A stretch of DNA of 46,762 nt from Phoronis australis (GCA_002633005.1 NMRA01000963.1:17895-64656); one strand, 5' to 3'. Positions 11,321-24,250 are shown, counted from the stretch's first letter. Program-made: numbers and translations. The notes: generated by a model from the letters alone, not told the origin.

Positions 11321-12131
11321 CTCGGGCACTGCATTCAATACCAGCTTGTTCTTCATTCATCAACATGGACTCCTCGAAGTGATGAGAGCATAAGTTGCAG
11401 TTCTTGGACAAGTAGGATGCACTCTATTCATAAGGTCGGCTCCCAGTGCTTGCACCTGAACAGAAATCAATGAGAGACTCAGGAACAAACCTCATACTCA
11501 CCAGGTTCACAGAGACTGGTAGCCTACACTAAACTACACTACAGAAGTCCTGTCGTACTGTGATTGTGACAGAGACAAAAGCGTCTTGGTGTCAACTAAA
11601 AAAACTAGGACTCAAATGTCGATCCACGGATATTTTAAGGGCTGCACAACTTTTCATCGAGACCCACAGATTCTCTGACTAATGAAAGACTTAAAAGGCC
11701 CTGTGGCCTGTGGCTGTGATTGTGCCATGGCCGTGTCACCACGATTCATATTCGCCCATGGACATGGGAATGTTTTCCTAAAATTATCCCTGCGATCGTT
11801 AGAGTGACATTTTGATTTGGAATACATGGACTGCAAGAATCCAAAAAGCTGACGATCACATCGTACGTTAATCATAGTCCTCTTCCGCCGGCTGCCCAGT
11901 AGGTCCAGCCTACACTGCAGACAACAGACAGTGCCGGGCACCGGTACTGCGATCGACTTGTCTAACAACCGTGAACAGAACACACAAAATGAAAGACAAT
12001 GTATCATATTATTGAATAACAGATAATCTTTACCTTTCTGGATCCTTAGGAAACCTACAAAATGACACGTGTGGGGTTTTCGTGGATGAATTCATGCAAT
12101 TTATCGCACTGCAAAATGCGTCCGTCCCCAT
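11321..12131 (-). pseudogene. Spliced THAP zinc-finger N-terminus of the P-like transposase, frameshifted
   Basis: Exon 1 (12131-12034) MGTDAFCSAINCMNSSTKTPHVSFCRFPKDPER with GT donor. Exon 2 from 11455 is phase-compatible: CKHW...NCNLCSHHFEESML, then frameshift to LVLNAVPE. This is the THAP C2CH motif plus AVP box. Runs into the N gap. Confidence 0.85.
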
Positions 12132-12421
12132 TGTTTTGGCGCTCCCTGGTTGATCGTAACTTGTTCACCACTTGGCGGCGTTAGTAGTAGCGGTAACAGC
12201 GAACTCACAAGTGAACTCTCCTATACTACTACACTCCTTGGTCAAACTCTCTCCTGAGGTAGCTGTTTATATTATTTTATCAACTACCTGAGCTGAAATC
12301 CACGTAATTATCGATTCCTTATTATAAAAATAAATCTAAATTAATAATGGGTTCACTCTTTTCAGTTGACTTTTTCAGTTTCGGTATTTGAACGCTTTAT
12401 ATGAATTGAAAACGTCTCTTG

Positions 12422-12587
12422 CAGGGGCGGATCCTGAATTTCGAGTTTGGGGGAGAGGGCAGGGGCAAGGGCAGAGTATTTTTACCGTCAGACATTCACA
12501 GCCCAAACTGCCAAGTGCAATCTGGTAGAATTTTAGGCAGGGCCATGGACCCCTTGCTGCCAGCCCCTCCCTCTAAATCCGTCACTG
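12422..12587. mobile_element. Short hAT-type MITE
   Basis: Termini CAGGGGCGGATCC and AAATCCGTCACTG resemble the CAGTGGCGGATC TIR of the large hAT; no TSD preserved. Confidence 0.5.
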
Positions 12588-13342
12588 TACAGTGTTACAG
12601 TTGACACAGTATTCACTTCTTAGAACACCACAATTTTCAACCCTTCAAGTAGCCACAATTCCCGAGCTACACCCCTCCCCACGTTGCCATAATATTTTCT
12701 TCCCATTTCCCTCTTTGAGGTGGGACCCCGCACAACTTGAGGGTCCTAAGCCATTCAGATCATCTTGGGTGTATTCAGAGCATTAAATTTCTCCTTTAAG
12801 GTGAATTTAACCTGCATGACTCTCAAACTTAGTGGAGAATGATTGGCCATAGTGACCAAAAGTTGGGGCATGCACTGAAAACAATTACTATCAAGGGCAT
12901 CCAGATGGAAAGTACAAGCGCAATGGGGCTATTCGGAGAATTCTACTCGCGGTGTCGCTGCTGTACTAGTGGTGATTGAATTGCGCATGCGTCGCTGTCT
13001 GCATGTAAACAGCTGGTAAAAAGACGGATTGTCATCGAAATATGTCGTCGCGCAAAGCCTTATTATTGCTATTTTCCCTGGTGCAAGTCTTCGACAGGTG
13101 GTCACAAATTACAAAAAAACCTAAGGTTACTACATTCGTGGAGCATTGTGGTCAAAAGGGTCAACCAACTGACAAAAAGTGTGTGGATGCGAAGCCCCTT
13201 TGGGAGACTACATAACGTAACTTGGTAAGTTTTTAGCAATCAAGTTTCGATCGACATCGTTCGGTGATGTTATCCCCACCAGTTACCCCACTGAATAACA
13301 GGTTTATTGAATGGAACTAAGTGCTTCTTTTCGAAACTCACC

Positions 13343-13710
13343 CAGGGCCCGGTCTCTAATCTTTGTACTCGAAACGAACTCGAGATTATTTTTGGCAATT
13401 TCTCTGCTCCTTTTGTGCGAACTTAAGATAATTGGTTATCAGACTGTGCTCGAATACATTATAGTTTATGCATAGGAGTTTCTAATTCAAGTTTGCCCTT
13501 GAAGACCCTTATATTCGTGCTACAAACCTGAGTAAAACCTCGAAATTTCGAGTTCAAACTCGATTTTATATTAATATTGGTTTAACAAACTGTGAACTAA
13601 GGGCAATAAATTATCTACGTAAGTTATTGTGTACTCGAGCATAGAATAATAGACACTTATCTCCAGTTCGCCCAAAAGTAGAGTAGAAAATGCCAAAGCT
13701 AAATTTATTC
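13343..13710. mobile_element. Fold-back MITE nested in the ISL2EU-like element; related copy at ~16290-16600
   Basis: Starts CAGGGCCCGG; arms 13390-13460 and 13630-13700 are imperfect inverted repeats; the related copy ends GGGCCCAG at 16600. Confidence 0.5.
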
Positions 13711-14235
13711 CATCATCAAAGTGTAACATTGACGGGCTTTCTATTGACAATAAGACAATCGATGCAGTCACTGAATGTCACTTCCCCATAATGTGTACCA
13801 AATTGGAAAGGTTTTACCATTAATATAAAGCCTTTCTTCTGAAAGGAAAAGTTAATATCACGCAGTGAGAAAGGACAGGTATTTGTACCAGATGCTTTTG
13901 GTTTTCATTTCACAGAGATCTAGTTCCAATAGCCTATAGAAGCGCTTGTAAAGAAGGTCCAGTTTCGGCACATGGCTTTCCTCCAGGTAACCTCATTCAG
14001 CCTCAATTAGATCCTTGAAGGTAAACACAACATCATATCACGTGACTCGTTTTGTGCCCAAAATCTGACCCTGAACTAGACCAGAGTGTCACTACGTCTT
14101 CTTTAGCTTCAATCCAGCATGTTTCTTCCAGGAAAGGAAATAAGATATTGTCCACACATGACTTATTGCCTACGAAAGGCCATCCTCACCAACGAGGCTG
14201 ACTTGTGTAACAGTCTGATATAGTTCCTTTTCATA

Positions 14236-14469
14236 CATGCGCGCACCCAGCCTTCATTATGGGGGGCTCGAATTCCTGACATTTGTGGACCTTTAGGTAA
14301 CAAAAAAGCGGGCGGACTAGAAAAAAAAAAACGGGAGCACCACTGTGAATTGCGCGTTTGCGCATGTTTAATGGACTTATGTCAAATTTTCTCGGACTTT
14401 TTGTCTCTCTGAGGCGGATCTTTTGGCCCACTTCGTTTGATACCCCCGGCCCCCCTGGGTGCGCGCATG
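14236..14469 (+). mobile_element. MITE with 15-bp TIRs and a 5-bp TSD
   Basis: CATGCGCGCACCCAG (14236-14250) and CTGGGTGCGCGCATG (14455-14469); TCATA on both sides (14231-14235 and 14470-14474). Confidence 0.9.
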
Positions 14470-17282
14470 TCATACACAAACAACACGTTGTACGTCTTAT
14501 GGTGACTTCGTACTGCGATTCACATTTCACCAGGGCCACTGACATGTACATTGTGCCATGCAGCACTAACGGTGTGTGCAAATGCTGTGGGAACAGAAAG
14601 GAGTAACAAAGCTTGTTCGTTGTCTCCGATGAAGAAAGTAGGCTTTAACAACAGATCTACACTGGATGGGAAGATCTTGCTGGTTAGCTGCAGTCAACAG
14701 CTTAAAACCAATTTTTGTCCATTCAGGGTTGATGCAGAAGTGATGAATATCTCCTCTGCACGGTACAAGCCCTCAAACCTAAAAACCAAATGTCACGTGA
14801 AAACAGACATTATAGATTTTCATTTAAAAAAAAGAAGACATGATAGGATATAGAGTAAACAAATAGTCTATTGGATATTTACGTACCCTTTGCCATGGCA
14901 TTGGGCTTGGATTGTAATCTCACTAACCAATATCGAGTTAAACATTCAGCATTCATTAATGTAACTGTCACTGATAAACCTGTTAGAAATCATTCCAAAC
15001 AATAATACTGCTTTGTTGTACGAAAACATCCTGAGTGCTACATCAAGTATCGTAACACGCATCACAACAAACAAAGATTAACCCGACTGGCGACTGCCGC
15101 AAAGTCGACATCGGCGAGTATCTCAGTTAACAGGCATCAGTAGAATAAACATGGAATAATCGTTAAAATAATCACAAACCTTGCCTTTGTATAAGGTCGT
15201 GCTTACTTTCTCTCATAGACGCACCATTTTCACGCAATCTCAGATTCAGTTGGCATGCCTACAAGTCATTTCACCATGTATTTAATGGGCTCGCAAAATT
15301 GAGGATGTTACTCTATCACCAATAGTACACGCGCGCCCTCTAGTTAATGTAAATTTTCCGAATAGCCCCATTGTTGATTTCAGAATGCGCTTATCAGATG
15401 GTGTCTTCTGGCTTCCAGATTTCCTTCGAATTAAATTCCTTAAATTTGCTTTGAATGCGTCCTGTGTGAAAAAGAATAAATTTTGATCTGAGCAACTTAC
15501 CACTATATACAGAAATGACTAAAAGAAGAAAATTCTCCAGGTGATCTATCGTTTCACAAATAGGCTTGTGAGATAGAAATATTTTTTGTGTTGTAAAATT
15601 TAACTGAAATAAATGTTTTTGCATGAATCAAGTCAAAATAATGATAAAAAAGGAAACTGGAAATCAAATAAGCGGTAATAAAAACAAGAAATAGTAAATC
15701 CTCTTAAAAGAGGAAAAATCCAAACCCTGTATACTGTGTATCCCTGTCTCAACTTGTTCCTTAGTGGACTTGGAAGAACTCAAACTTTGTTATTGTTCAA
15801 AGCCATGGTTATTTCACCAGGTCTTAAGCAATAACAAACTATCAGTTCAACGGAAGCCAATATGCCACATGTAATCTCTGTAAGGAACAGTATGAGGTCA
15901 AGAGTCTAACCAGGACCACACACGTGAAGATTGACACCGGACACTAGTATCCAAATCCAACTGCTGGACATGCCAATCTTAATGCGAGCAATAGTGATTA
16001 GATTTACTAGCTACTATTTTGACCAAAAACAACATTGTTAGTACGAGACCAATATTATATTGTTACATCATGGTTTTAAAAAGAGGTTGGATTAATGGCA
16101 GCATGAAAAATGGTACACTTTGTTTATAAGGAACTTAATATGGTTCATTTTCTCAATACAGTTTATTACAGATGTTTTGTTATTTTCCACCATGTATTTA
16201 AATGCTTTTTGGGCTAAACTGATTCTAGCCCAGTCTGTTATGGATTGATTAAAAACCCTGAAAAGGGATTATGTGATTATGTTTGAGAACACACCTCTTG
16301 AGTGAAGCTTTCAATCCAAATCGAACTCGAAATTGTTTTTGTCACTTCCAGTCCACTTTCTTGCGAGATCAAGATAGTAGTTAATGACCACTAGATTCGA
16401 ACTAAAATGTGAATAAAAACTTAATAAGATTTCTAGTAAAACCTCTAACTCAGACTCGAAATTTTAGCTCCGATGCTGGGATCATTAATTGCCGTCAATA
16501 AGCACTCAAATATAGAATAAAAGAAACTTATCTCGAGTTCAAACAAAAGTAGAATAGAAAATATAAAATATTGAGTAAAAAGTTGAAACCATGGGCCCAG
16601 GTGTTACTTTCATAATGGTCTATGCTTTCACAAGGCAGTGAATGTACAACTTGAGTGGAAGTGGGGTCTTTAATAACATATTCCCCCAGCATCACTGGTG
16701 TAGTGAGAATTATTCAACTGAGGTTGCCAAACTTGAACTTGTTGGCGACCTACAGTGTATGATTGTGACAATAATGAGATGCAACCTGGGGGACATGCAT
16801 GAACAGGGGACTGGGACAGAGGAGCTTGGCAAGCACAAAACTGAAATGAGTTTCTTTCAGGGATGTTGTGCACCCTATGGCTATGTTAATGCCCAGACTT
16901 AGTAGTTCATTTTATCCTTAAACTAGACCATATTTCTAAACAACACATCAGAAAAATATAGTTCCCAATGTTAGACAAATTTCTTAGAATGTTGTGTGTT
17001 TTGTAACTTATGAGTGTAATATATGTAGGAACACATTAATGATGTCACGGTTTTTGATTTTGAGTCAACGTGAGGGTGTTTGCTAGTGCGAATGTTCGCA
17101 AGCATTTCACACTGCCCAACTCTTGCCACGAGGAGGCCCCCTCAATAAGAGTCAAATCTGTAATTTTGAAAAACTTTTCGAAAAGACCGAAATATTGACT
17201 AAAATCACTCCTGTATTATGTAGATCATAACCACAAGAATGAAACTCTAGCATGTTGCTCAAAAACACTGAGCAAAGCATGA

Positions 17283-20200
17283 TAGTAGGTGGGCCAGATC
17301 TCATAGCGTTCATCCTTGTGAGTACTTTTGGGGGGCAACCTAGTTTTTTCTATGTGGCTAGATAATATACCTATAAATCAAATTCCAAAAAGTTCCCACG
17401 TCTACACTGGCACATTTTTTTAAAAAAGGTGTTTTTGTTGCACAAAATATTATGCACATTGCTGCCACTTGGTGGCGCTTTTCTGTTGAATTGACCAATC
17501 AGAGAGCCAGATTGTATTGTTGTGCTTAGTAACTTCAATATGGCTGCTCCCATGGCGTGTGATGCCTGTATAATTCAAGGTTTATCAAACTGCACAATAT
17601 TGTGATGCCAGAGCCTAAAGAAGCTTAGGAAAGCTTCCTGACGAAAGCTATTGAACGTGTGGAACTCTGTAGATCAGTAGATAAAAAAGAAGAAGAGGTG
17701 CCACAGACGTTTGTGCTGGAAACAGCTGCTTGTCCTGGTATAGCCTACACAGTATACTGCTGAGTGCTGTAGACTAGAAGACCAAGTGTCAAGGCACCAG
17801 CAGTAGTACTAAAGCTGAAGTTGCTGAAAGTGATACAGATGTTACCGAAGATTTCCCCAAAAAATCGATTATACTTCCAAAATCTGAAACACCCAATTAA
17901 CCTGAACAAGATAGGAACATTCTGAAACATGAGTGCATCATTTGTTAGCAGGAAAAGTATACTATGGACCATATTTCAAGAAAGAGAAAGAAGTATAGCT
18001 TTGAAAAACAGGTACGTGTTTTTGAAAGGTACATCTTGGTGTTTTCCATGTGTGTTTCAGTATTATCACCAGTTGTTTTTTTTAACTTGTTCAGCCCCTT
18101 GGCTGCCTAGGCCTTAGACATATGCCGAATGCTTTACGGCAAATTATGTTCCTATAAGTTTAGAAGTACCGCGTAGAGAGATGCCTCTGAGGAGGTCGTT
18201 AATGTTTTCATTTGTTCCCAGTTTAAACAAATACTCCTGCAATCCTATTTTTCGAATACTCCATTGTTCAGTTGCCACATCGGCACTGCTTGCAATAAGG
18301 GATAATCATATGGCGTTATACTGTGGGTGTGATTTTAAAGCACTTTAAGTCAAAAATTTTTGAGAAGGTTGAATGGAGTAGATGGTTCACAACATGCCCA
18401 AGTGGCCGTCATCCCCTGCCGTAGTCCTGGGATAGGGGGAACCTCTTGTCAATTTTTGTAAACATTAATTACTTAGGTAGCCGCAATGATAATTAAGTTA
18501 AAAGTGCCTAAGTGGCCAACGTCCCCGTCATAATTTGAGGACAGTGGAAGCCACTGTCCATTTCGTCAAACGTCGATTACCTTAAGTTTAAATCGATTGA
18601 CTATGGTTTGAGCATCTGGTTTAAAAAAAATTAATTTCAATCACTGCACTGGTATATCAGCTGATTTATTTTCAGTTGCATCAACTAATCTAATTACTAG
18701 ACGATCAACATTTTTAGGCGACAGATCCGACGGCATGTAAATTTGTTAGGCTGGTGGTGGATCAGTTCCTGGTAAGTCCGTCTCAAAAAGTTGCATGCCA
18801 ACTCACTCATAGTTGAATGTTAAATTAGTGTTAACAGTTCGGGTTTTTTCAGTTGGACTTGTATCGCAAGCAACAGCTCAGTCCAGAGCCCTGAATATGC
18901 AAATGAAATTCAAAGATAAAGACCTTGTGTCTTAGAAGCCAAGTACCACAGATCGTCATGCTATAAAAAAATAGAAAGACAACGATTGTGAAGAGTGACG
19001 AATTCACAGTTTTCAGAGATGTTGTCCTACAGTTTTGTTTGGAGTTCATTGAATCAAAGCTTCTAACACATGGAGATGCCATTTGCCTTTCAAAACTAAA
19101 GCAAGACTTTGAAGCTGTTCTTCAGAAAGCTGGTGTGCATGAAGTTATTTGGACTGGCAATCTTAAGAAATATTGTTGAAGCTACACACTGTTGTAGTTT
19201 GTGCCCGACTAAGCGATACGAAAGTGAATTGAGGCTAGTGTTCAATAATTCACTTGTTGACTCTAATTAACACAGCCTATTATAACATATTTTTAATCAA
19301 ACGTTTGCCCAAATCCTGCCCGCCTCCAAACAAGGACTTAGTGTTTGACCCTTCATTGCCTGCGGGCCAATTACCAGTGTGCAGTGCTGTACCCTATCTA
19401 ATCGACCATAGTTGGCTCCTAGGCTGTGGAGCTTTGCAACCAAAATGTATGGCAATGCCCGCATCTCCATTGACAGAACTAAACAATGAACGCTGCAAGT
19501 GCAGAAAGAACATGTGTGCTGGGAAACTGAGTTTGTGCTGCAATGCTGGGTCAAACTGTACAGAAATGTGCAGCTGTGATAACTGTAGTAACATCAGCAA
19601 CACTGACTGCATAACATTGGATAGTTCTTTGACAAGTCAACACTAAATAGACCTCCAACCCCGTTATTTCGTTTTTTTTTTGTATTAAAAAGTTAATTTT
19701 ACTTGTTGATTCAGTCATAGAAAGTGCATACTTTGATCATTGTCATGTATTTGTCTCATACTGCTAGACAAACGCTGTCAGAATAATCTATTATTTTCAT
19801 ACAGTCTGTGTGCAAATTCACAGAGATCATTCAACTATAATGTATTTGTACTATAACGTATTTCTGGTGTATTATGCAAACAGGCTGTATTTTACACCGT
19901 TAATCAATGTTTTAGTCATTGAGGCACAAATTTTGCCCAGTCTCAAGTGTTTTGTGTTATTTTTGTTGCCAGACACTACCATAATAACTTCCTAGACTTA
20001 GTTTGCATTTTTGCCACTAGGTGTCTCTTAACATTTTTTAAATTTCACTATTTACAATTAATGTACAATAGTCAAACATGTAATGTGAGTGCAATATTGT
20101 TCAATACAATGGCACTGATGGGACCATATTACTTGTTTTACAAAAAGTCACCAAAACTGTTGTTTTTACAAATATACGTTTACTAAGCTCTTTGGTGATT

Positions 20201-20377
20201 ATTAGGTAACTTCAAACTCAAATTTCTCAAAAACGTGCAACTTTATATGTGGGAACTTTTTAGATTTTGAAAACACTCTAATAAATGAATTAAAAAACAC
20301 CAAAATAAAATTGCCCCCCCTAAAGTACTCACAAAAAACATTTTCTAGAGGCCCTACAAATTCTGGCCCACCGACTA
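17283..20377 (+). mobile_element. Academ-like DNA transposon, internally decayed
   Basis: TAG...CTA termini with TIR TAGT(A/C)GGTGGGCCAGA and further inverted similarity (TGTGAGTACTTT.GGGGGGCAA; AAAAAGTTCCCAC). Internal fragments include a Cys-rich transposase C-terminus. No clear TSD. Confidence 0.75.
19290..19646 (+). pseudogene. Cys-rich (CXC/tesmin-like) C-terminus of an Academ-type transposase
   Basis: ...DHSWLLGCGALQPKCMAMPASP...RCKCRKNMCAGKLSLCCNAGSNCTEMCSCDNCSN, resembling the GW...LxPxW...PAP...CxC...C...CxC..GLxCT..CxC..CxN pattern. Confidence 0.65.
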
Positions 20378-21372
20378 TAATGGTAATAGTCACATACAGG
20401 GGAGCCCACTTTGAGAACCAGTGTTTTCTACTGCATAACAAGAACCAGTTTTTCACCGAATATCAGGCGTTAAAACTTGTTCTCAAGATGCGGATTGCCA
20501 GTGAGTGACTATTGCCTGGATAACAATCCAACCCATATAACACACAAGAAACCGTCAATTTGGGTTAAGTGACCCAACTTAAAATCTTTGAGGTACCCCG
20601 ACCTCTCAATTAAGTTGAAATGTGAGATGTTTTTGCAACTAGTCACTTCAACGAACCAGGTTTTTAAAGTTTGCTTGCTTACAAAGTCTAACTCGAGGAT
20701 GCTTTGATTACATAGTAGTTTCTGAATATTTTAGAATGGGTCTGGTTTTAACACTCCGTACGATGGTAGTCATTGCTGAATGGCTCCGCCAAAAACGATA
20801 ATGTCAGTCATTATAAAACTATTGCTGGACTACTTAATGTTTGTGTGTTTAGGACCATTGACTGAATTTTTCCGCTCTGAGGCCGCGACGCACTCAGCTA
20901 TTCCTTCCCCACTATTCGGTGGTATGGTACGCCTAAAATGACTGTTGAGTGTTGTTGTGGATGGCCTAACTTATTCCATAAATTGTTTCGTAAAAAGTCA
21001 CATCACATCAGAATCCAGCATAGTATACAAGAAAATTATTATAAAATGTTTCGTATACGTTACTGGTGATGTATTCCTTGACTTATTAGCTTTGAAATGC
21101 GGGAGTTTGACGAAAACAGAGATTTAAACGGCTGTGAATCCATCAACATTCTTTTACTTGAAATCGCCTTGTTGGTGAACTAGTTTGACCTATTATACAA
21201 CTGAACAATAGAATGCCTTGTCTTGAACTCGGAACAGCCAATGATATTCCAAGAATGCGGATGGAAAGTGCCCTGTAGCAGACCCCAACCAATCTCGTGA
21301 GTCTGTGTAGGAGACAAATCCATCCGAAGACGGGAGAATACGGTCGTCTCAGTAATTGATGCGTATACATGG

Positions 21373-21643
21373 TATACTAAATTTAGTGAAAATATATTGA
21401 GGACCTTTGAAGATACAGAGAAAAACGTAAAACACTAAAATTGGGGGCACACGGGTAGTCGGATCCGTTCCGAAACTTCGCTCATGCCGTCTTATCCATG
21501 AAAGGAACACATGTGCAAAATTTCACGAACATACCTCAACCGGTTTTGGAGATAGAGAACCGGACGCCGAACGGACGCCGCCCGGACGCACGGACAGAGA
21601 TGACGACATAATGCGTCCACAAATAAATATGTGGGCGCATAAC
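21373..21643 (-). mobile_element. Opposite terminus of a HINE/DINE-1-like element
   Basis: Core-repeat units homologous to 8558-9908, a CGGAC-type microsatellite, and terminal hairpin ATGCGTCCACA-aataaata-TGTGGGCGCAT whose outer arm is the exact reverse complement of 8583-8593. Confidence 0.75.
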
Positions 21644-21749
21644 AATGAACTCAAGTTGGTGTCTTAGAACGGGCCCATGGGGTCTGTTTGAGCTAAAAAG
21701 AAAGTTTTAGAAAGTTTAATTGAAAAAAAAGAAGTACGACAATGAATTG

Positions 21750-21830
21750 AATCATATTTGCAGCAGGTGCTGGAAATGTCCCCTATCAGAATTGAAGTAA
21801 AAGTTGACGCGCTTTAACGAACTAAAAACC
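21750..21830 (-). mobile_element. Tc1/mariner transposase C-terminal remnant
   Basis: Minus strand RVNFYFNSDRGHFQHLLQI*, resembling the GGHFEHLL C-terminal motif. Confidence 0.4.
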
Positions 21831-22699
21831 GTGCTGTTCTATGAAATACTGCCAAAAACCACATTGAATAATCTTTTAGCAGGTCGGACGTGCTAAAGCG
21901 TTTGCTGTAAAAGAATTGTGCTGACCTATACAGTATCGGCTCCGTAAGTCAAGTAAAAACGAGCACTGAAAAAATTGGGGGTCGGTTTCGGAGAATCACC
22001 ACGGAGTGCATGTACTAAACCTAAAATGGTGGCTTTGGTGTTTGCAAATATAATGCGAGATTTGGCTGATCGCGCAGATCAAACTTTCCTATTGTGTTTA
22101 AGCCAAAATCGCAAAATATAAATCCGTGATAGGCTTTGTTTTTGAGAATACTCGTGCGTAACGCGAATGTTTTTAAGGTAAGTTTTCACTGAGTCGTCAG
22201 CAACAAGTGATGTCAATGAGATCCAAAAGCGTCAGCACCGGCGAAAGGGTGACACTGTTCTAAGCTGTATAATACAATTGATGAAAGCTACAGCTCGGAA
22301 TTAGCGTTCTTTCATCAGCTTTTCTTCGAATCAAAATTGTATACTAACTAGAAATCGGCGATGTCACGCATGCTTGCAGCGGAAAGTTACAATGACAGCG
22401 AAACAAGGATAATCCATGAAAAGACCGAATTGTATTTGATGCAAATGTATAGGGTGAAACTTCAAAATGCTGCTACTGTTTCTGAAATGTAATATAGTTA
22501 ATCGTGTTTAGCATAGACTCTAGTTCAGAGGTGGAACATTTCACAAACAGTTCCTAAAACATAAAAGAAGTTGGCAAGAAGTTTATACCAAGTTTTGCAG
22601 ATTGGCAGAGTTGTTTCGAAGTTTATATTGAAGTTTGCTGTGTATGGAGCACCTGTCCAATAATGTCAAAAAGTTCTACTTGAAGCTGCGCATAGCTGT

Positions 22700-24250
22700 C
22701 AGCATTTAGATGACAAGACTCTAGTACCAGTTGACCAGTTCACAGAACAGGCACACTGTATACAGTGTATTAATCGAGTATAAGGTTCTGGGAATATAAG
22801 GGGCATTTTAATGAGAGCTGAGCAATTAAGTGGTAAAAGAGTTTCACTGGGTGTGCCCATCTTGATAGTGTCATGGAGAACATAAGTCATGTGGAATGAC
22901 GGTGGTGAAGAGCAAAAGCCACGTAGTGGAGTGACAGGAAAAATACTAAGTACAAAAATGGAGTAGTGGACCTGGACGAGGAAGAATAGAGAAAGATTGC
23001 GTAGGAGACAGATAAGCATAGACACCCGCTCTCTGACCAGCAGTCATATCTCCATAACATCTGCAATCACTGAGAAGATTCCAGAACAACCTGGTCATTG
23101 GCCATGAGCAGATCAGTCAGATTTTTAGTTTTGGTAAGCAGTGAATGTTACAAAGCAATTAAGAAAAAGTCAAAAGGCTGGGGTTGCTGAAGAAGCCTGT
23201 ACAGTGTACTGTCAAGGGAAGGCCATGGCCTTCAAACGCTGTTTTGTTGCCTGTTAGTCGTAAGACAGCAATGTATCATTAACATAGCTGATACCTTTTG
23301 CTATGAAAATATTGAGTCCACTGCCCACTGCCCAGATCGGAAAATACGGCAGACTGCGTTATGTCCCAAATCATTCTGCTCCGGAGGTGTGGTTGGTTGC
23401 TGTTGTCCAGGTCGCTTGGAGTGTTTCCGGAACTACAGGAGATTTATTTAAAGCCCCAGCACTCTCGGCACTCTACTAGACCCATATCCTCACGCTTGTG
23501 AAACAAATTTTTGCTTTGAAAAATATGACCACAAAGATCTCTACACAAAGGACCATGAGACGATAACTTGCTGAAAAGTTGAGGAAGTCATGCTAACCCC
23601 TGTTCCTAAACACATCTTTTGCCGCTAAACTAATCTACATAACACTATGTTAAACAACCTTCTATGTGTATGAATCTAATCAACATCGAGCGTGTCAAGA
23701 AGAGTCACTGTGTAATTACACATGCTGAAGCAGGCGTTGTATAGGTAAATGTAAAAAGTGGTGAAAAAAGACACCTACACCATCAGAAGCACCTGTGACA
23801 ACACTGACATCTCCGAGCTCGGGATGTATGGGACGTCTAGTATGCCAGTAGACGCCAAGACTCAAATGGAGAAGTGGAATGGTAGTGATTTGGACATAAT
23901 GGAACATTTCATAGATTTGACCTGAACAAGTGCCGCCACCATGACAGGTCACAAAATGTGAGAGTACTGGACAGAGAAAAGTTCTTGGTTTAAACGAATA
24001 GTCAGCGACGCCAATAACCCCTCTCTGAGTAGACACGGAGGTGTCAAATTGAATTTATTGCAGTCAGTGACTGGTGGTCCATTGCCTTGAAGCTGTTCTC
24101 TATGAACACCGACGCATGGGTGGTGAAATTTTCTCGAGATCCAGTGACTCATCAATCCCCAGTAGAAGAACCCAGGCGCCTCTGCAAAGTCGAGAAATTT
24201 GCCTTATTTTATAGGAAGTTCCAGAAGTCATAGTTTACGAGTCTTCCCTA
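22700..24250 (+). mobile_element. Penelope-like retroelement relic (RT plus GIY-YIG)
   Basis: Collinear frameshifted fragments YCQGKAMA (~23208), IADTF (~23290), AEKLRK (~23570), NVRVLDRE then WFKRIVSDA.NPSLSRHGG (~23955-24040). These resemble the QxxGxAMGS, YVDDTF and VLDRE..WFERGVKEA...PSLNRDGG motifs. Boundaries approximate. Confidence 0.6.

Larger units (their letters stand above)
10118..12240 (-). mobile_element. P-element-superfamily (Galileo-like) transposon, non-autonomous
   Basis: 30-bp TIRs CAAGGAGTGTA(CG/GT)AGTATAGGAGAGTTCAC with 2 mismatches; 7-bp TSD GTCGAAC (10111-10117) / GTCAAAC (12241-12247); spliced THAP domain inside. Confidence 0.85.
12925..15369. mobile_element. ISL2EU-like (PIF/Harbinger-related) DNA transposon, degenerate
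   Basis: TIRs GGGGCTATTCGGA(G/A)AATT at 12925 and ending at 15369, flanked by an AT duplication within a palindromic CAATTG target. Weak THAP-like remnants on +; SAP-like QLNLRLRENGASMRESKHDLIQR (~15183-15252) and SWIM-like remnants on -. Confidence 0.72.

Noticed and set aside
10383-11411. Four long ORFs of 304-342 aa
   Set aside because: They run through the N gap; only the THAP fragment at the right edge is real.
19254-19646. Metallothionein or tesmin-like host gene
   Set aside because: It lies within Academ-like TIRs and matches the transposase Cys-rich tail; upstream frames are broken.
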